A stretch of DNA of 64,000 nucleotides from an uncultured Cytophagia bacterium (GCA_964527995.1 CAZGRP010000005.1:65642-129641), one strand, 5' to 3'; shown: positions 31,825 to 43,300, counted from the stretch's first letter. Notes: generated by a model from the sequence alone, not told the origin. Made by a program: numbers and translations.

Positions 31825-33135
31825 ATGTTCGAGGAACTGACCGAAAAACTCGAGACAGCGTTCCGCAAGCTTCGTGGTCACGGCAAGCTGACGGAGAAGA
31901 ACATCGCCGATTCCATGCGGGAGATCCGGCGGGTGCTCCTGGAGGCCGACGTCAACTACAAGGTCGCCAAGGAGTTTATCGCCCGGGTGCAGGAGAAAGC
32001 CGTCGGCCAGGAGGTGCTACGAAGTATCACGCCAGGCCAGCAGGTCGTCAAAATCATACACGACGAGCTGATCCACTTGATGGGCGAATCCGATGCGCCC
32101 ATTCATTTTGCCCAGATCCCGCCGACGGTGATCATGCTTGTCGGGCTTCAGGGGTCGGGAAAGACGACTCTGGCGGGCAAGCTGGCAGCACATTTCAAAT
32201 CGCGGCACCGCCGCAGTCTGCTGGTGGCAGCGGACTTGAGGCGTCCTGCGGCCGTGGAACAACTTCGCGTCGTTGGCGAACAAGTCGGCGCCCAGGTCTA
32301 TACGGCCCAGGGGAAGAATCCTGTCGAGGTGTGTGTCGAGGGCCGAGAGCTGGGGCGCAGGCAAGGATTCGATGTCGTCATTCTCGACACTGCCGGGCGC
32401 CTGCATGTGGATGAAGAGTTGATGGCCGAGCTGGCCAGGATCAAGGACAAGACTCAGCCACAAGAGATTCTCTTCGTCGCAGACGGCATGACCGGGCAGG
32501 ACGCAGTCAACACGGCTCAGGAGTTTCTTCGCCGTCTCGATTTCACCGGGGTAGTGCTCACCAAGCTCGATGGGGATGCCCGCGGAGGGGCGGCTCTCTC
32601 CATTCGGGCCGTCACCGGCAAGCCGATCAAGTTCATTAGCCTTGGCGAGAAGTTCGACGCCCTCGAAAAGTTCCACCCGGATCGCATGGCGTCGCGCATT
32701 CTCGGTATGGGCGATATCGTCAGTCTGGTCGAGAAGGCCCAGCAGAGCCTTGACGAGGAAAAAGCGCGCAAGCTCGAGCGCAGGCTTCGGCGACAGGAGT
32801 TCACGCTGGAGGACTTCTACGATCAGCTTCAGCAGATCAAACGTATGGGACCACTGGATCAGTTGCTCGGCATGATTCCGGGAGTGGGTGGCAAGGCCCT
32901 CAAAGGCCTGTCCGTCGATGACCGCGCTCTGGTTCGCATCGAAGCGATCATCAATTCGATGACGCCGGACGAACGCCGGCGGCCGCACATCATCAACGGC
33001 AGCCGGCGAAGACGAATCGCCCGCGGCAGTGGAACCTCGATCCAGGACGTCAACAAACTGCTGAAGCAGTTTCAAATGATGCAGAAGATGGTCAAGAATA
33101 TGAGTCGGCTCCAGCCTGGCCGCTTGCCGATTTGA
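31825..33135 (+). CDS. ffh: Signal recognition particle protein Ffh
   Basis: NG-domain GTPase motifs GLQGSGKTT, DTAGR, TKLDGDARGG. C-terminal M-domain with Met/Arg-rich RRRIARGSG...QFQMMQKMVKNM. Confidence 0.95.
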   Translation: MFEELTEKLETAFRKLRGHGKLTEKNIADSMREIRRVLLEADVNYKVAKEFIARVQEKAVGQEVLRSITPGQQVVKIIHDELIHLMGESDAPIHFAQIPPTVIMLVGLQGSGKTTLAGKLAAHFKSRHRRSLLVAADLRRPAAVEQLRVVGEQVGAQVYTAQGKNPVEVCVEGRELGRRQGFDVVILDTAGRLHVDEELMAELARIKDKTQPQEILFVADGMTGQDAVNTAQEFLRRLDFTGVVLTKLDGDARGGAALSIRAVTGKPIKFISLGEKFDALEKFHPDRMASRILGMGDIVSLVEKAQQSLDEEKARKLERRLRRQEFTLEDFYDQLQQIKRMGPLDQLLGMIPGVGGKALKGLSVDDRALVRIEAIINSMTPDERRRPHIINGSRRRRIARGSGTSIQDVNKLLKQFQMMQKMVKNMSRLQPGRLPI

Positions 33136-33170
33136 AGCGTTGTTGAGTTCAAGTAGAAAGGAGAATTGAG

Positions 33171-33746
33171 TTGGCAGTTAAGTTGCGTTTGAGGCGAATG
33201 GGGAAGAAGAAGCAGCCGTTCTACCGCATCGTGGCGGCCGATGCCCGGAAGCCACGGGATGGGGAGTACCTCGACAACTTGGGTACCTACGATCCCCGGT
33301 CCCATCCCATCGCGGTGGAAGTCAATGAAGAGCGTGCCCTCTACTGGTTGCAACACGGAGCCATACCGACTGATACCGTCCGCAGCCTCCTGCGGCGGAA
33401 GGGGATCCTGCTGAAATGGGATCTGATCAAGCGAGGCTACGACGAGGAACGTATTGCCGAGGAGTTCAAGAAGTGGGAAGTGTTGCAGATTGAACGCCGC
33501 AAGCGGCTGGAGGCGGCGGAAATCCAGAAACAGAAGCAGCAGGCCGAGGCCGAAGAAGTGACCGCTGAGGAGGAGGCCGCTGGCGCTGAGACCGAGGCGG
33601 CTGTTGAACAGGAGGAGGCCGCTGGCCCAGAGACCGAGGCGGCTGTCGAACAGGAGGAGGCCTCTGCTGAAGCGGGAGATACCTCATCTGAGGCTGGCGC
33701 AGAGCCCGAGGCTGAAGAGCCGGCGGAGACCGACAAAAGCGACTGA
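33171..33746 (+). CDS. rpsP: 30S ribosomal protein S16 with a long acidic, alanine/glutamate-rich C-terminal extension
   Basis: N-terminus MAVKLRLRRMGKKKQPFYRIVAADARKPRDGEYLDNLGTYDP. The extension is about 100 aa and contains a tandem repeat. Confidence 0.9.
   Translation: MAVKLRLRRMGKKKQPFYRIVAADARKPRDGEYLDNLGTYDPRSHPIAVEVNEERALYWLQHGAIPTDTVRSLLRRKGILLKWDLIKRGYDEERIAEEFKKWEVLQIERRKRLEAAEIQKQKQQAEAEEVTAEEEAAGAETEAAVEQEEAAGPETEAAVEQEEASAEAGDTSSEAGAEPEAEEPAETDKSD
33568..33660 (+). repeat. Tandem ~39-bp in-frame repeat inside the rpsP 3' extension (encodes EEEAAG[A/P]ETEAAVEQ twice)
   Basis: Two near-identical copies in the DNA; the copies differ at a few wobble and Ala/Pro positions. Confidence 0.8.
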
Positions 33747-34046
33747 TTGAGGCCGCTGCCCTCCCGCACCTGGAGCTGCCAGGCGGCACGGTGCAAAGCC
33801 CGGTCGATACCGGGCCCGAAGACGCCCGCCCAACCGGAGGATAGGCAGCCGGCGGGATGGCGCTTCAGCTATGTACACGACAACTTCTTCAATCTGATCC
33901 GTAACACGCTTCGTACGAGATCGCTCTTGGCGACTGGAACCGACCTGGGTCACCGATCACGACGGGGAGGTGTGATACTCAGGCTACTCAAAAAAGCCGA
34001 AGTGGATTCAGATCCCGTCCAGAACAGCCAAACAGGAGGGGTTGAT

Positions 34047-34277
34047 ATGAAGGAGTTCGTCCTGTACATAGTCAGGCACCTGGTAGATAAGCCGGAAGAA
34101 GTTCAGGTGAACGAGATCGACGGTGAGCGGACGGTTGTGTATGAACTCCGCGTGGGTCAGGGAGATATGGGGAAGGTTATCGGCAGGCGCGGGCAAACAG
34201 CTAAGTCGATCCGTACACTGCTGGCTGCGGCTTCGGCGAAAACAGGAAAGCGGGCTGTTCTAGAGATTCTAGAATAG
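34047..34277 (+). CDS. KH-domain RNA-binding protein (YlqC/UPF0109 family)
   Basis: [62 protein letters not shown] aggagg 8 nt upstream. The ORF track's longer upstream extension (from 33747) is not supported. Confidence 0.8.
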   Translation: MKEFVLYIVRHLVDKPEEVQVNEIDGERTVVYELRVGQGDMGKVIGRRGQTAKSIRTLLAAASAKTGKRAVLEILE

Positions 34278-34377
34278 GCTGGTCGAGTCAAGCTTTCCTC
34301 ATTGTCCCTCCACAGGGGGCTCGCAAGAAGTTTGCCGCCCGTGTTCACTTGATCGAACTCTCTCAGGTCATCCGCAT

Positions 34378-34992
34378 GTGCGTGGCCAGCTTCACCGATT
34401 CGCCGCCGCTTTTCTTTTGCCGCGGACGGTAGCAGCGGAATGGTTTCCAACCGGCGTGCCTAAGAAGCGTTCTGCACAACGCCCTCCCGAGTTCGTTACC
34501 ATCGCCTACGTCGAGCGACCGCATGGCGTGCGCGGTGGTCTTCGACTGCGGGTTGTGACGGATCATCCTGAACAGTTGCACAGCCTGGATCACGTTTTCT
34601 TGACGAACCGTGAAGGCGTGCGTGAGAAATTCAGGGTGATGCGGGCCAGGGTTCAGGGAGGTCGGATCTACCTCGATCTGGAAGAACTCAAGAGCCGGGA
34701 ACAAGCGGCGCAGTGGCGTGGCGCCAGCGTGGAAATCCCCGGCGCGAGTCTGCCGCCATTGGAAGAAGGCGAGTATTACGCCTTCGAACTGATTGGTTTG
34801 AAAGTTGTCACCACGCAAGGCGAGGAGGTCGGCGTTCTGGCAGAGGTGCTCGATATGCCGGCCAACGATGTATATGTGGTGCGCAAGGGAGAAAAGGAGC
34901 ATCTCATTCCGGCAATCAAGGACGTCGTCAAGGAAGTCGATCTGAGTGCCGGACGTATGGTCATCGAGGCGATCGAGGGACTCCTCGACTGA
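34378..34992 (+). CDS. rimM: 16S rRNA processing protein RimM
   Basis: FVTIAYVERPHGVRGGLRLRVVTDHPE...; PRC-barrel C-terminus. The true start is probably downstream (GTG at 34456). Confidence 0.8.
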   Translation: MRGQLHRFAAAFLLPRTVAAEWFPTGVPKKRSAQRPPEFVTIAYVERPHGVRGGLRLRVVTDHPEQLHSLDHVFLTNREGVREKFRVMRARVQGGRIYLDLEELKSREQAAQWRGASVEIPGASLPPLEEGEYYAFELIGLKVVTTQGEEVGVLAEVLDMPANDVYVVRKGEKEHLIPAIKDVVKEVDLSAGRMVIEAIEGLLD

Positions 34993-35019
34993 CCACTCAT
35001 TGTCGTCGCTGGTTGAAAG

Positions 35020-35736
35020 ATGCGGATACACATTCTAACAGGTTTTCCCAAGTTGCTCGATAGCCCGCTCAACGAGAGCATTCTGAAGCGGGCTCAGGCC
35101 AAGGGCCTTGTCGAGATTCTGGTGCACGACCTTCGTGATTACACGACCGACAAGCACAGGCAGATCGACGACTATCCCTATGGCGGTGGGGCTGGCATGG
35201 TGCTCAAACCCGAGCCCATTTTCCGCTGCATGGATACCATCGCCGAGCGCTGGCCGGAGGATGCCCGCAGAGTCATCCTTCTGACGCCCACCGGAGAGAC
35301 TTTTAATCAGAAAAAGGCGCAGGAGCTCTCCCTCAGCAAGGGGATGGTACTGATCTGCGGTCACTACAAGGGCGTCGACGACCGGGTGCGCCAGGCGCTC
35401 GTCACCGAGGAAGTCTCGATCGGAGACTATATTCTCACAGGCGGAGAACTTGCGGCATTGGTCGTCGTCGATGCTGTCGTCCGGCTTCTGCCGGGCGTGC
35501 TGGGGGATTTCGACTCCGCCCTGACCGACTCCTTTGTAAACGATCTTTTGGACTGCCCGTACTTTACCCGCCCGGAGGAGTACCGAGGCATGCGAGTGCC
35601 GGAGGTGCTGCTCTCTGGGCATCATGCCCAGATTGCGGCGTGGCGGAGACAGAAATCGCTGGAACGTACGCGAGAGCGGCGTCGCGACCTGTGGGAGAAA
35701 GTCAAAGAGTATTTCGACGCACAGGAAACCGGCTGA
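35020..35736 (+). CDS. trmD: tRNA (guanine37-N1)-methyltransferase
   Basis: [13 protein letters not shown]...[15 protein letters not shown]...[12 protein letters not shown]. Confidence 0.93.
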   Translation: MRIHILTGFPKLLDSPLNESILKRAQAKGLVEILVHDLRDYTTDKHRQIDDYPYGGGAGMVLKPEPIFRCMDTIAERWPEDARRVILLTPTGETFNQKKAQELSLSKGMVLICGHYKGVDDRVRQALVTEEVSIGDYILTGGELAALVVVDAVVRLLPGVLGDFDSALTDSFVNDLLDCPYFTRPEEYRGMRVPEVLLSGHHAQIAAWRRQKSLERTRERRRDLWEKVKEYFDAQETG

Positions 35737-35788
35737 GCGGCGCCGCCGCCGATTCGCTGGAAATGGAATTGATGAGGAGGATGTAGCT

Positions 35789-36130
35789 ATGAGCAAGATA
35801 GACGCACTGACAGCCGCACAACGGAGGAGCGACATCCCTGATTTCGCTCCCGGTGACACCATTGCTGTTCATTACCGTGTCGTGGAGGGCAACAAAGAGC
35901 GCATCCAGGTATATCAGGGGGTCGTGATTCAGCGCCACGGCAGTGGTTTGAACGAGACCTTCACGGTGCGCAAAGTCTCGAACGGGGTCGGCGTGGAGCG
36001 CATCTTTCCGCTCCATTCGCCCAATATCGCCAAGATCGAGAACTTGCGCCGAGGCCGCGTGCGCCGGGCCCGACTGTTCTACCTGCGGGGATTGCGCGGA
36101 AAGGCCGCCCGCATCGCCGAAAAACGATAG
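35789..36130 (+). CDS. rplS: 50S ribosomal protein L19
   Basis: [50 protein letters not shown] gaggagg upstream. The ORF-track start at 35624 is rejected. Confidence 0.93.
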   Translation: MSKIDALTAAQRRSDIPDFAPGDTIAVHYRVVEGNKERIQVYQGVVIQRHGSGLNETFTVRKVSNGVGVERIFPLHSPNIAKIENLRRGRVRRARLFYLRGLRGKAARIAEKR

Positions 36131-36150
36131 CTGGTCAGGCGGAATAGAAC

Positions 36151-36191
36151 GGCCGCTGCGGGACTTGTCGTTCCCCACAGCGGCCTTTTTT
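36151..36191 (+). terminator. Rho-independent terminator of the rpsP-rplS operon
   Basis: GGCCGCTG ... CAGCGGCC stem followed by TTTTTT. Confidence 0.7.
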
Positions 36192-36240
36192 CGTCCGGGG
36201 GCCGCCCGAGACCAGGAGAACATCCATACATACGAGAATC

Positions 36241-37575
36241 ATGCGAAGAACTCGTGTTCACACGCCACTTCCGGGGCCGCGCAGCCGCGAATTCCTGGAG
36301 CGGAGGAGTGCCGCCGTACCGGACGCGCTCTACAGCCATATCCCGATTGCTGTACGCCGGGCACTGGGGAGCGAAGTTGAGGACGTGGATGGCAACCGCT
36401 TCATCGATTTCGCCGGCGGCATCGGCGTACTCAATGTTGGACACTGCAACCCCGACGTCGTGGCGGCAGTGGTGGAGCAGGCCGAGAGCCTCACGCACAT
36501 GTGCATGCATGTCGCCATGTACGAGCCCTATGTCGCCCTGGCGGAGAACTTGAATCGCCTCGTCCCTGTACCTGCGCCGAAGAAAACCCTTCTCGTCAAC
36601 AGCGGCGCCGAGGCTGTGGAGAACGCGGTCAAGATCGCTCGCTACGCTACAGGCAGACCGGCCCTGGTCGCCTTCGAGCACGGATTCCACGGTCGTACGC
36701 TGCTCGGCCTCAGTCTGACCGGCAAGGTGGCCCCTTACAAGAAGGGCTTTGGCCCGTTCTTCGGGGATGTATACCATGCCCCCTACCCTTACGGCTATCG
36801 CTGCCCCGCCGGCAGCGACCCGCAATCGGCACTGGCATATTACGTCGGCGTGCTTCACGATCTTTTCAAGACCCAGGTCGATCCGCTCGCGGTCGCTGCG
36901 GTGCTCTTCGAGCCGGTTCTCGGCGAAGGAGGCTTCGTGCAGATGCCGCAGGCCTACCTCGAGGAATTATTCGCCCTGTGCCGGCGCTACGGCATCCTCA
37001 CCATCGTCGACGAGATCCAGAGTGGCTGGGGCCGTAGCGGCCGCATGTTCGCCATCGAGCACTACGACGTGGAGCCAGACATCGTGGTCACCGCGAAATC
37101 GATCGCCGGTGGCCTGCCCCTGGCGTCGGTCACGGCTCGTTCCGAATTGGTGGATCATATCCATCCGGGCGGCTTGGGGAGCACATTTGGCGGAAACCCG
37201 ATTTCGTGCGCAGCCGGCCTGGCTGCCGTTCGCATCATCGAGGAGAACCGCCTGGCTGATCGAGCCGACAAGCTGGGTCGCTTCGTCCGGGAACGGTTCA
37301 ACGAATGGAAGGAGCGTTTCTCAGCCATCGGCGATGTCCGCGGAGTGGGCGCGATGAACGCCATCGAGTTCGTCAAAGACCGGACGACCAAAGAACCGGA
37401 CCCTGAAGCAGTGAGTCGTCTTCATCGTCTCGCCTATGAACGCGGCCTGATCCTGCTCAAGGCCGGCACGTATCAGAATGTCATCCGTACTTTGATGCCG
37501 CTGGTGATCGAGGAGGAGCTGCTCCACGAGGGGCTCGATATCTTTGAGGAGGCGCTCATCGAGGCGCTCGAGTGA
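36241..37575 (+). CDS. Class III PLP-dependent aminotransferase (4-aminobutyrate / omega-amino acid transaminase-like)
   Basis: NSGAEAVENAVKIAR, FHGRTLLGLS, DEIQSGWGRSGRMFA, and the PLP lysine in TAKSIAGG. Confidence 0.85.
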   Translation: MRRTRVHTPLPGPRSREFLERRSAAVPDALYSHIPIAVRRALGSEVEDVDGNRFIDFAGGIGVLNVGHCNPDVVAAVVEQAESLTHMCMHVAMYEPYVALAENLNRLVPVPAPKKTLLVNSGAEAVENAVKIARYATGRPALVAFEHGFHGRTLLGLSLTGKVAPYKKGFGPFFGDVYHAPYPYGYRCPAGSDPQSALAYYVGVLHDLFKTQVDPLAVAAVLFEPVLGEGGFVQMPQAYLEELFALCRRYGILTIVDEIQSGWGRSGRMFAIEHYDVEPDIVVTAKSIAGGLPLASVTARSELVDHIHPGGLGSTFGGNPISCAAGLAAVRIIEENRLADRADKLGRFVRERFNEWKERFSAIGDVRGVGAMNAIEFVKDRTTKEPDPEAVSRLHRLAYERGLILLKAGTYQNVIRTLMPLVIEEELLHEGLDIFEEALIEALE

Positions 37576-37640
37576 CGGAGCGCGTGAGGCTACTTTGGCA
37601 TGCGTGATGGGGCTGAGATCTTCTCGGTACCCGGCCTCCG

Positions 37641-39188
37641 TCAGACCGCATCCTTTGTGGCAACGAGTGAACTCAGCCACCCCACCAGGACAACGATCGC
37701 GCTGCCCACCACGGTGTACAGTGGCCAGGCCAGTGAGATTCCCTCTCCCGGGAGCAGACGTTGCACCGGCCCTTTGACCAAAAACAGCATGGCAATCAAA
37801 CCAGAAAAGAAACCGATCGCCGCAGCGCGCTGGCGAGGCTTGTGGAAGAGGACCCCTAAGACGAAGGCACCGAGCAAACCGCCGTACGTGTACGAAGCGA
37901 TCCCCAGCCCGAGTTCCACCACGGCCGGTCTCGTGCCCGGGTTTGGCTGGTGCACCTGGAGATAGACGAACAGCCCGGCGGAGAGAGTCAGCACGAGAGC
38001 CCAACCAAGTGTGATGAATCGCGACACGAGCAGGTCATGCGCCTGGCTGCTGTTCTTGCCGAAGTAGGGTTTGTAGAGGTCCAGCGTGGTTGCGGAGGCC
38101 AGCGAATTGAGGGAACTGCTCAGGCTGCTCATCGCAGCGGCCAGGAGACCGGCGATGATCAGGCCACTGAGTCCCGGCGGCAGCACTTCGACAATGAATT
38201 TGGGAAAGATCTCGTCGCGGTTGCTGAGGCCCAACTGGCTGAACCCGGCCCCACGGTAGTAGACCCACAGCAGTGTACCGATCGAAAGAAACAGAAAGAA
38301 CTGCACGATGACGATCAAGCCGCTGGTGACCAGAGCCTTCTGACTTGAACGCAGGTCGTGCGTCGACAGCAGTCGCTGCACGATGAGCTGATCGGTGCCG
38401 TGCGAGGCCATGGTAAACACCGCGCCGCCGAGAACCGCCGTAATCAGTGTGTATGGCCGACGCACGAACTCGGCGAGCGACAAGCCATGGCCCGTGTCGA
38501 ACATGTGGAGTTTTCCCGCCGCCAAAGCATTCGTGAGAATCGTTGCCGGGCTGTCTGGGACTTTCAGCAGGATGACCACACCGGCAGCCAGCGCCCCTCC
38601 GAGATAAATCGTCATCTGTACCACGTCCATCGTCACCACCGCCCGGAGCCCACCGATGTAGGTGTAGGCAACGGTGACGGTCGAAATGGCGACGATGGAG
38701 AAGGCGTAGACTTTCCAGTCCGGCCATGCGGTCAGAAATCCGGCCGTTCGCAGGATTACGGCAAGCGGAATGGCCGTGGCGAACAGGCGCACGCCGTCGG
38801 CGAGCAAGCGCGTGACCATGAAGGTCGTGCTGGCAGCGTTGCGCATGCCGGCACCAAAGCGGCGCTCCAGGAACTGGTAGGCAGTGGCCAGATTGCCGCG
38901 GAAATAGGACGGCAGGAATAGCCAGCTCACCAGGATACGGCCGAGCAGATAGCCGAACGTAATCTGCATGAAGGTGAAGTCGCCGAAGTAAGCGACGGAG
39001 GGGATACTGATGAACGTCAGTGTGGAAGTTTCGGTTGCGACGATGGAAAAGCAGACAGCCCACCACGGAATGCGGTGGCTGCCGAGAAAATAGTCGCTGG
39101 TGGAACGCTGGCGGCCGGCGACCACAACGCCGAAAAGGGCGACGGCGACCAGGTAGACGACGATGACGATCAGATCGAGTAGGCGCAT
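37641..39188 (-). CDS. Sodium:solute symporter (SSS family)
   Basis: 515 aa with about 13 TM segments. N-terminal LIVIVVYLVAVALFGVVVAGRQRSTSDYFLGSHRIPWW is typical of SSF proteins. Confidence 0.8.
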   Translation of the reverse strand: MRLLDLIVIVVYLVAVALFGVVVAGRQRSTSDYFLGSHRIPWWAVCFSIVATETSTLTFISIPSVAYFGDFTFMQITFGYLLGRILVSWLFLPSYFRGNLATAYQFLERRFGAGMRNAASTTFMVTRLLADGVRLFATAIPLAVILRTAGFLTAWPDWKVYAFSIVAISTVTVAYTYIGGLRAVVTMDVVQMTIYLGGALAAGVVILLKVPDSPATILTNALAAGKLHMFDTGHGLSLAEFVRRPYTLITAVLGGAVFTMASHGTDQLIVQRLLSTHDLRSSQKALVTSGLIVIVQFFLFLSIGTLLWVYYRGAGFSQLGLSNRDEIFPKFIVEVLPPGLSGLIIAGLLAAAMSSLSSSLNSLASATTLDLYKPYFGKNSSQAHDLLVSRFITLGWALVLTLSAGLFVYLQVHQPNPGTRPAVVELGLGIASYTYGGLLGAFVLGVLFHKPRQRAAAIGFFSGLIAMLFLVKGPVQRLLPGEGISLAWPLYTVVGSAIVVLVGWLSSLVATKDAV

Positions 39189-39465
39189 CCGAAAAGTCTG
39201 GCTCCGCTTTCAGGCAATGTCGGCAGCCAATTTACGATTCTTGTCGGGAAAGTCAAGGCCGAAACGTGACGAGGAGGAGTATGCGCTGCCGCGGATATGG
39301 CATGCGCCGGGGATGTGGGGTTGGCGGTGGGTGACAACCTGGTTATCATGCGAGGAGGATGACGGGGTGAAGCGAGTGTGGGCTGAGGCTAGTTTTTCGC
39401 TTGACTTTGTAGGGGGGCTTTTGTAAGTTAAATGTTTGTCGATACTAACCTTGAGGCGTTGAGAC

Positions 39466-40236
39466 TTGGACGAACAGGCAACTTTGCAGCGCATCGTGAA
39501 GCGGGGGAACGTGCCCGTGCACGTTGCCATCATCATGGATGGAAACGGCCGCTGGGCGCGCCGCCGAGACCTGCCGCGTGTCGAAGGGCACCGTGAGGGC
39601 ATCAATTCGGTGCGCGAGGTGGTTCGAGCTGCTGGTGAGATCGGCGTGAAGTTCTTGACCCTCTACACGTTCTCTACCGAGAACTGGAACCGCCCGCGTT
39701 CGGAGGTCACCGCTCTGATGCGCCTCCTGCTGAAGACGATCCGCCATGAGGTTGATGAGCTCGATCGCAACAATGTCCGCCTCATGACCATCGGCAGGCT
39801 GGAAGATCTGCCCTTCGCCGCTCGTCGGGGCATGGAGAGGGCGATGCAGCGGCTCAAGAACAACACCGGGCTGACGTTGAACCTGGCGTTGAGCTACAGC
39901 AGCCGCCGGGAGATTGTCGATGCGATTCGCCTGATCGCTGCCGACGTGCGCGCCGGACGGCTGCCCGCCGAGGCAATCGATGAGAGCGTGATCTCCCGGT
40001 ATCTCGACACCCGCGACATCCCCGATCCCGATTTGCTGATTCGAACAAGCGGCGAGATGCGGATCAGCAACTTTCTCCTCTGGCAACTGGCCTACACCGA
40101 GCTGTACGTCACCGATGTCCTTTGGCCCGATTTTCGCCGCCGTGAGTTCTTCGAGGCGATCGAGGACTACCAGAAGCGCGAGCGCCGGTTTGGACTGGTG
40201 AGTGAACAAGTGCAAGGCGAACGAGGCAACTCCTAG
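39466..40236 (+). CDS. uppS: Undecaprenyl diphosphate synthase (isoprenyl transferase)
   Basis: HVAIIMDGNGRWA...NWNRP...LLIRTSGEMRISNFLLWQ. Confidence 0.92.
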   Translation: MDEQATLQRIVKRGNVPVHVAIIMDGNGRWARRRDLPRVEGHREGINSVREVVRAAGEIGVKFLTLYTFSTENWNRPRSEVTALMRLLLKTIRHEVDELDRNNVRLMTIGRLEDLPFAARRGMERAMQRLKNNTGLTLNLALSYSSRREIVDAIRLIAADVRAGRLPAEAIDESVISRYLDTRDIPDPDLLIRTSGEMRISNFLLWQLAYTELYVTDVLWPDFRRREFFEAIEDYQKRERRFGLVSEQVQGERGNS

Positions 40237-40332
40237 CGTGCCGTGCCTGCTAGGAACTTTGCCCTAGGCGTCTCGTTAGTCAAATGACCTGGCCAGGAAG
40301 CCGATCAATCCACGCAGAGGCATGCAATTTCG

Positions 40333-43300
40333 ATGATGAGGCCACGTCGCTGGCTGTGGGTAGTGGGCGGCCTTCTGCTGCTTCTGACCCTCTATCTGGC
40401 GAATGAAATCTGGACGGTTCTCGGGGTGAACGAGCGCATCCGCCAGCTTGTCGTGGCCCAGCTGCGCCCGGCTCTCGGGCCGAAGTGCAGCGTCGGCGAA
40501 GTTCGATTTGGCCTTTCCCGCCTCTATCTCAAAGATGTCTCCCTGCAATTCCGGGGCTCCGGCATGGCCCTGGTCATCCCGGAGCTCGAACTCCGCTACG
40601 GCGTCCGCAGCTTGATACGCGGCGGCTTCCGGCCGGAGCGATCCACCGACCGGCTGTTTTTCCGCCGACCGCGATTAACCTTCTGGCATCAGCCCCACGA
40701 CAGCACCTCCGAAGTCAATCTTTCGCTCGATCTTTCCGAGACCTTGGAATCTCGCTACCGCAAACTGCTACGCCAGTACGATTTCATTCGCCAGGTGGTC
40801 ATCGAGGATGGTGAGATCGCCTATGTGGATTCAGCCTCGGGGAAGGAGATCCGCACCATCCGCGATGTCGTGGGGTTGATGGAACGCTTGCCCGGCGGCA
40901 AGGCTGTGGTCCAGGTGAGCGGCAAGCTGTTCGGCTCGTCGAAGCAAAACGCCTATCTTCGCGCCGGTCTCGATTTCGGCCGGGGGGGACTGGATTCTCT
41001 GGTCGTCCTCATCGACGGTTACGACCTGCGCAACGGCGTGCCGTTCGTGGCGCCGGCCTCGGTACGGGCTGAAAAAGGGAGCCTGAGCGGCCGCCTCCTG
41101 GTTCTCGAGAAGCAAGGGGGTCCGGGCTTCACGGTCTCGGGCAGGTTGCGCGTCCGCGATGGCCTGTTCCGCGTCCCGAAACAGAACATCGTGGTCGACG
41201 ATGCCCACGCAGCCTTGATGATCCACAACGGCGATCTGCACGTGCAGGTGGCAGAGGCCAGGGTGAATGGATCCCCTGTCAGGCTCACCGGAATGGTGCG
41301 CGACCTTTTCCAGCCACGGCTCGATCTCGTTGCCGAGGCCGAGGACTTCGATATCGGCTCCTTCCTGCGGCAGTGGCGGCCCGACGCTGAGATTCCGGCC
41401 GCCGGCAAGGTGTGGGTTCGGCTGAGACTGACCGACTCGCCGGCACGGCCGGTGATCTCCGGGAAATGGAAAGCGTCCCGTCTGCGGCTCGGCGAGATGT
41501 CGCTGCGGCAGCTTTTCGGTTCGGTCCGCCTCGAGAAAGGCCAGCTCCGACTCTCTGAAATGCACGCCCTCCTGGGGGCTTCCCCGGCACACCTGCAAGG
41601 AGAGGGGGTCGTGTGGCTGAACGAGCCTGGGACTCCCGTCGATGTCAGCCTTGATGCCAAAGGAGAGTTTGCGCCGACGTTGCGCGGATTTGGCCTGCAA
41701 AGTCTCACCTCGTGCTTCGGCACGCTGAGCGCCCGGCTTCATGGCAGCGTGTCGCACCCGGTGGGCGAAGGCCGATTCGACTTCATGTGGAAAGGCGGCG
41801 AGGACGACGAATTCCCTGTGACGGGTGAGTTCACGTATCAGTCGGGTGGCCTGTCGATCGAAGCAAAATCCCGCGAGCGCGGTTTTGAGGTCCAGGGTTC
41901 GGTTGCAAGTCTCTGGGACCAGCCGGTACTCCGCATTCGGGCCAACGGCGTGGAAGATGCACTGGCCTTCTGGAACGAACGCTTTCTGGCATCCCTGCAG
42001 AAAAGCCTGGCGATCGACGTTTTCATGCAGGGGCCCCTGCGCAACCTGGAGTTCCTCATCGAGGGCTTCAGCAAGCCCGTACGCCGCAAGGTGGTGCAAC
42101 TTTTTGGCACGTCCCGGCCCGACAGCAGCGGTGGTCGCCGGCTCCTGGGAGCCATCACCCTTTTCCCTCGAGTGGGCAAAGAGCTGCAGGCAAAGTTCGA
42201 GGCGGTGCAGACGCCTGAGCGTTTCGATTTGCTTCGTCTCGAGATGAGCCCCTATGTCAGCGGTGCGCTGACAGCCGACCTGACGCCGGGCGGCCAGATC
42301 GAAGGCAGCGTCAAGATTGCCGGGCTGCCGCTGAGCGATGTGCTGGAAACTTCCTCCACCCGCGGAAACCAGACCGGCGGAAAGGTATATGGATCGCTTC
42401 TTTTTCGCGGTTCGAGTGCCGACCCGGAAATGATCGGCAACTTCTGGCTACTAAAGGGCTTCTTCAACGGCGTCGGTGAGTTCAGCGCCGACGTCTCTTT
42501 CGAGGTGGACCGGCAGGGCATCAATGTGCCAAAATGGACGTTGACTCGTGGCGGTGAGCCGTACCTGAGCGGCTCCTATCAATATCTCTTCGGCTCGCAG
42601 GAAGTCGATGCGGAGCTGCGAGGAGAAGGAATTCGCGCGCAGGATTTCTTGCAGATGCTGACGGGCCGCTCCGGCTTCTACGACGGCATCGCCACCTTCG
42701 ACCTTCATGCCAAGGGTGAATTGCCGCGCGTGGCCCTCTACGGCTCGATCGCTGTCCGGAGCGGGCACCTGCTGAACCTTCGCTTCGATCAAATGGACTT
42801 TCGTTTCGGCTCCGATGTCGACGAGCCGACCTCCTCGTACATCGGGGAGGGCTATCTGAGGTCGGAAGAAATCACGATTTCCCGGGCGGGCGCCTTCACA
42901 CTGGTCGGCTACGGTGCACTCCCGCTGGTCGGTGGCAAGGAGCTGAACATCCACCTCAGTGGCGACGGCAACTTCGCACCCCTGCTCTCGGACCTGAGCG
43001 ACCTCTTCAAGCCGAGCCAGACACGGGCGCATCTGGTGCTCAACGTCGCCGGGGGCTACCTGTCACCGAAGTTTCCTTCAAGCCAACTGGACATCCAGGA
43101 GGGAACGCTGCGGCTGAGTGCCGTTGCGCCCAAGATTGAGAACCTGCGTGGCACACTCTCGGTATCGGACGACGGTGATTTTCTGAGGATCGAGAATCTT
43201 CGTGGCACCATCGGCGGAAAGCCGATCACGGTGACCAATCTGCGCCTCCCCGAAGGTGTGGACCATGGTGCCCAGGTTCCCCTGCGCCTCGGCGGGGATG

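Noticed and set aside
31446-32414. 322-aa + strand ORF overlapping ffh in another frame
   Set aside because: Frame-shifted shadow of ffh, R/G-rich; ffh motifs are unambiguous.
33747-34046. Long N-terminal extension of the KH-domain ORF in the ORF track (from 33747)
   Set aside because: The extension is R/P-rich and has no homology-like features. An internal ATG at 34047 with a perfect AGGAGG RBS gives the canonical ~76-aa KH protein.
39189-39465. Divergent promoter region between the SSS symporter and uppS (TTGACT ... TAAATG-like boxes)
   Set aside because: Several possible hexamers but none with canonical spacing, so left uncalled.
40831-42099. 422-aa minus-strand ORF antisense to the TamB-like gene, and 45472-46419 antisense to bamA
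   Set aside because: Antisense artefacts within long, well-supported + strand genes.
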